NCBI GenBank assembly: GCA_965233585.1
Contig: CBDDTI010000258.1
Coordinates: 1 to 10,755, forward strand
Length of the DNA: 10,755 nt
Origin: a bacterium
Lineage (GTDB): Bacteria > SAR324 > NAC60-12
Direction of reading: 5' to 3'
The notes beneath the pieces were generated by a model, which worked only from the letters and a program-made list of their open reading frames with translations, ran no database searches and was not told the origin of the DNA. Made by a program: the position numbers and the translations under genes. Positions within the stretch are counted from its first letter, which is position 1. The number at the start of each line of letters is the position of its first letter. Below, in pieces: positions 7,016 through 10,755 of the stretch.

Positions 7016-9875
7016 ATGGATTTTATAGAAATTCCGCATGATTTAAGGAGATCTAATTGCTTGGAATGGAAAACTCGATACGATAAATTTAACTTTCTTT
7101 ATCTGTACATTAGACATCTTTTTCCTGAAGAAACGGTTTCCGTTGTTGATTTTCGTCAAATGCCAATAAGATTTCTTAAAAAGTTTAATGTAAAAGGTTT
7201 CAAGTTTCCTCTTCAATTTTGTAATTTAAAAAAATTTCTAAAAAAAAACTCCCATTTACCAATTTCAATTTCAGTTTTTTATGAGAGTGAGGGTCAAGTT
7301 TCGAAGTTAGGATTTTTTACTAATAAAAACAACGACAGAAACAAAAACATTTTAAATTTGTTAATGATAAAATATGATCCTGAAATCTCTACTGAACATG
7401 AATCTCTATTTTCCCGCCTTCCAAAATTAGCTAAATGCAAGAAAAAATCTTCTCGTAAAAAGATTGACAATTCTAGTTCTAATGTTAAATTGGGTTTTTC
7501 TTCCAAGTTTAAAAAGATTAAAGATTTAAATCAACAGCACCATTTTTTTAAAATCACTAAAATTCAAGGTTTTTTAAATAATCGGGCTAGACTGGTGTCG
7601 GACAAAAAAGCGGTTCAACAGAAGCACATCTATTGTGAAAAATGTCTGCTACGATTCCGATCAAAATTTAAGAAGGAAAAACATGAACAAACTTGCTACG
7701 ATAAACAACGTGCTGTCTACCCACCCAAAAATTTCTCCATAAGTTTTACCAATCACAGACATAAATTTCAAGCTCCTGTTGTAGGATTTTGTGATTTTGA
7801 AAGTGTGCTTCAAAGAAACAAAGAACGATCTAAGTGTCGATTTTGTTCAAAAACTGAGTGTCTGTGTGCTTTTCCCACCAGTGACGATATAAACGTGCAT
7901 AGACCGGTGGGCTATAGCTTGCTTTTTGTGGACTCCGACGATGAAGTATTTTTTCAAGAAGAATATTTAGGAGAAGATGCGGTTAAACATTTTTTGAATC
8001 GGTTGACTTTTTATGAAAAGGTTGTTGAAGAAAGAAAACAAAAATTTAGACATGTTGTTAAAAGTCAATCTAGTCCGCAAGAATGGCAAATGTATCGAGA
8101 AGCGAAGGTTTGTCATATTTGTGGCGGCCAGTTTAAAAATGAGTCTAGAAATTACAGAAAAGTTTTAGATCATGATCACGTGTCAGGCAAAATAATGGGT
8201 GCGGCTCATTCGTTGTGTAACTTGACAAGATCCGGTCCATACCGCACACCAATTTTTTTCCACAACGCTCAAGGGTAAGAAATTTTTGATTGAGTTTAGT
8301 TATCAAAATAATACAAATTATGCATGCGTTTCAGATATGATTTGCATCTTATTGTGAAAGAATTGAATCTTTCTCAATTTAAGTATAATCCAGAAGTTTT
8401 GGCAAAAAATAGTGAAAAGTTTCGCACTCTTACATTAGGCAAATTTAAAATTCAAGATTCATTAGAGCACATTTCTGCCAGTCTGGATGCTCTTGTTAAA
8501 GATTTAAATCAGACCTCAAATTTTTCCTTTCCCATCTTACAACAAATGGAAAGATTTAAAAAAATTCCTGCTCGTCAAAAATCAAAAGCTTTGAAACTTT
8601 TAAAAAGAAAAGGTGTCTTTTGTTATGAACATTTCCAATCCCTACAAGAGATGAAGAAAAGCCGAAACCTTCCGTCCAAAGACTCTTTTTATTCGGAATT
8701 AAACGAAGAACACATTACGGAAGCGGATTATTCCCATGCTCAAGAGGTCTTCAAATCATTTAAATGCAAAAATGTGGCGGATTACATGATGCTCTATTGT
8801 TCTTTAGACGTTGTTTTGTTGTGTGAAGCATTTCTTCAATACAGAAAAATGGTGATGGAGCATTTTCAATTGGATCCTGTTTATTATCTAGGTAAGTTTT
8901 ATTCTTTAATGTCAAATGTATTGTAATACTAAATTTATTTAACCTTAATTAGGAATTCCTGGATTGAGTTTTGACGTCATGCTCATGTTCTTTGAAAATT
9001 CAGAACAAGCTAAATCAGATAATAAGCTCACAACCAAATCCGAAACTTCCAAACCTCTTGGATCATTAGATGTCTATTCTGATCCTGAAATGGAGCGTTT
9101 TTTCACAAAGGGTATTAGAGGTGGGCAAAGTTTTATCGCCCAGCGTTATGCCAAAGGGAATAGCAATCCTGGAAAAAGCGGCGATCACTTGTTATACATT
9201 GATGGTAATTTTAAACTGTATTATTTAATAAAATTATTTTGTTTTAACTCAACAAATTTTTTTAGCCAATAACTTATACGGAAGTATGGAAACTTTAAAG
9301 TTACCAGTTTCTGATTTTAAATGGGTTCCAAAAAGTGAATTTAAAAGATGGACAGCTAAAGATATCATCAATATTCCTGCGCAAGACGATACAGGTTATG
9401 CGTTTGAAGTTGATTTGCATTATCCATCTCATCTTCATCAGGTAAATCTAATCTTTGGTGCAGCACGTTATTTATTAATTCCGGCAACTTATACACTATT
9501 ATTTTCAGGCACACGATCAATTTCCGCTGGCTCCGTATACAGACACGGTTTCTTTTAAACATCTATCTCCTTACAATCGCCGTTTACTGAAACAACACTG
9601 TCCTCGAGATTATAGGAACAAAAGATATCAAAGCAAGAAATTGTTGAGCACTTTTTATGACCGAAAGAAGTACGTGGTGCATCTGGAAAACCTGCAGTAC
9701 TACCTAAAAAAGGGCATGAAGCTGCTAAAGATAAGAAAAGTCATGAAGTTTCGACAAAAAGCTTTTTTAAAAGAATTCATCGAGAAGGTCACAAAGCTGC
9801 GATCGAATGCCCGCAACGACTTTGAACTAAGGCTTTTTAAACTTTTTGCCAACTCTACTTTTGGAAAGTTTATTG
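7016..9875 (+). CDS. polB: Protein-primed family B DNA polymerase (DNA_pol_B_2, Polinton/Maverick/adintovirus type), 3'-partial: join(7016..8274,8335..8891,8953..9204,9266..9441,9509..9875), 870 codons
   Basis: Exo I GFCDFES; endonuclease-VII-like CHICGG...DHDHVSGKIMGAAHSLCNL; Exo II HNAQG/YDLHLI; RKGVFCYE; Exo III LYCSLDVVLL; YYLG/IPGLSFD; motif A YID/ANNLYG; LHQ/AHDQFPLAP; motif B KLFANSTFGKF. Each slash marks a splice junction that rebuilds the motif. Motif C is absent from the window. Confidence 0.93.
8275..8334 (+). other. polB intron (60 bp, phase 2)
   Basis: GG/GTAAGA ... GTTTCAG/A. Removal gives HNAQGYDLHLIVKEL. Confidence 0.93.
8892..8952 (+). other. polB intron (61 bp, phase 1)
   Basis: G/GTAAGT ... 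TAATTAG/GA. Removal gives DPVYYLGIPGLSFDVML. Confidence 0.92.
9205..9265 (+). other. polB intron (61 bp, phase 1) inside catalytic motif A
   Basis: G/GTAATT ... TTTTTTTAG/CC. Removal gives LLYIDANNLYGSM. Confidence 0.94.
9442..9508 (+). other. polB intron (67 bp, phase 0)
   Basis: CAG/GTAAAT ... TTTTCAG/GCA. Removal gives YPSHLHQAHDQFPLAP, in frame with ORF 9641..9892. Confidence 0.92.
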
Positions 9876-9970
9876 GTAAGTTTCCAAAATAAGATGATTT
9901 ATCCGCGTAAAAAGAATAAGTACTATCATTAAGGGGTCATTTTTTATTTAGAGATCGTTTTTATTCTTAT

Positions 9971-10483
9971 TTACACATCGGGGACAAGTGCGTGGTGGTA
10001 CCTTTGACAGTTGCGACAGTAGGTCCGGACGGAGCTCACCACGCACTTGGCCGCATCGTACTTGTGCTCGTCTTGAGCACGGTTGGAGATGCGGTTGGGT
10101 TGTGGAGATGCGGTGTTGTTGGGGGGGACGTGGCCTGAACTTCTGCTAAAAGCAGCGGTGACCGTCCTCGCCAGCCCGACCACCGCATCGGCAAATCGAC
10201 TGATGAGGCTCCTCCTCGGCAACGTTGGCGGCGCGGTTGGTGGCAGCATCGTCGATGCCATCGACCGGTTTGTCTGTCGGGGATCCGGAGACGGTGGCGG
10301 AGCTGGCGGGATCGGAAGACGGCGGCGCCGCCTCCGGATCTTTGCAAAGTTGTTCGATGCTGGTGCTTCCTCCTCCTCCTCCATCCTGTCCCGCTCCTCC
10401 TCCATCCTGTCCAGCAAAAACACCCCGTCCTGCTCCTCCCTCCTGAACACCCCAATAATCATTCTCGTCCTCGTCCTCTTCAT
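9971..10483 (-). CDS. Hypothetical 170-aa protein: acidic tract, RRRRRR, Pro-rich linker, amphipathic helix and C-terminal CxxC/His cluster; start codon uncertain
   Basis: The stop coincides with the sharp GC-to-AT boundary at ~9971. Two minus-strand AATAAA signals follow (TTTATT at 9960 and 9943). C-terminus KCVVSSVRTYCRNCQRYHH. The competing overlapping frame 10146..10544 cannot be excluded. Confidence 0.55.
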   Translation of the reverse strand: MKRTRTRMIIGVFRREEQDGVFLLDRMEEERDRMEEEEEAPASNNFAKIRRRRRRLPIPPAPPPSPDPRQTNRSMASTMLPPTAPPTLPRRSLISRFADAVVGLARTVTAAFSRSSGHVPPNNTASPQPNRISNRAQDEHKYDAAKCVVSSVRTYCRNCQRYHHALVPDV

Positions 10484-10755
10484 CGTCCTTTTTCTCCTCC
10501 TTCTCCACCTTCCTTCCTTTAATTTGTTTTGAATTTTCCCACATGGGGTTGGTTGGGAAGTTATTAGAAATTAATCACCAAATCTCAACACAATTAATGG
10601 CAAATTATCTCATAAATATCAATAAATTAAATGAATATTAAATTGTAGAATTTGTGATATTGGTTTTATTATGTCATTTTTTTAAAGGAACAAATTTATT
10701 TGTTAATTTTTTTGGTCACTTTACGGGCTGTGGACGGGGACCACAACGACGGAAA

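Noticed and set aside
9857..9868. Phe instead of Tyr in motif B (NSTFGK) as an inactivating change
   Set aside because: As I recall, FGK is a common variant in this pPolB group, so it is not evidence of inactivity.
7016..9892. Calling polB a frameshifted pseudogene
   Set aside because: Every internal break is explained by a canonical phase-compatible intron. Only the missing C-terminus remains unexplained.

Overview
This is eukaryotic, AT-rich, gene-dense DNA that looks like part of a Polinton/Maverick/adintovirus-like (Preplasmiviricota-type) virus or endogenous viral element. Its genes are split by short spliceosomal introns, which explains the fragmented ORF track. I reconstructed ten GT-AG introns of 56-67 bp by hand. 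They restore (i) a protein-primed family B DNA polymerase (7016..9875+) with exonuclease I/II/III motifs, an endonuclease-VII-like Zn insert and Pol motifs A and B; (ii) a 284-aa mucin-like type I membrane protein; and (iii) a 341-aa minus-strand Lys-rich/acidic protein with a possible PC4-like C-terminus. The polymerase is odd at both ends. Its zinc-finger/GSGW N-terminal module is a separate upstream ORF, and it stops at a perfect splice donor right after motif B; motif C is not in the window and a GC-rich antisense ORF follows. The left 1.4 kb is non-coding: four ~175-185 bp units with 25-bp terminal inverted repeats arranged as a 422-bp higher-order duplication, then a palindromic array with ~10.7-bp periodicity and a perfect 36-bp-arm inverted repeat. 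No integrase, packaging ATPase, protease or capsid gene is visible. All family assignments come from motif recognition by eye, not from database searches.
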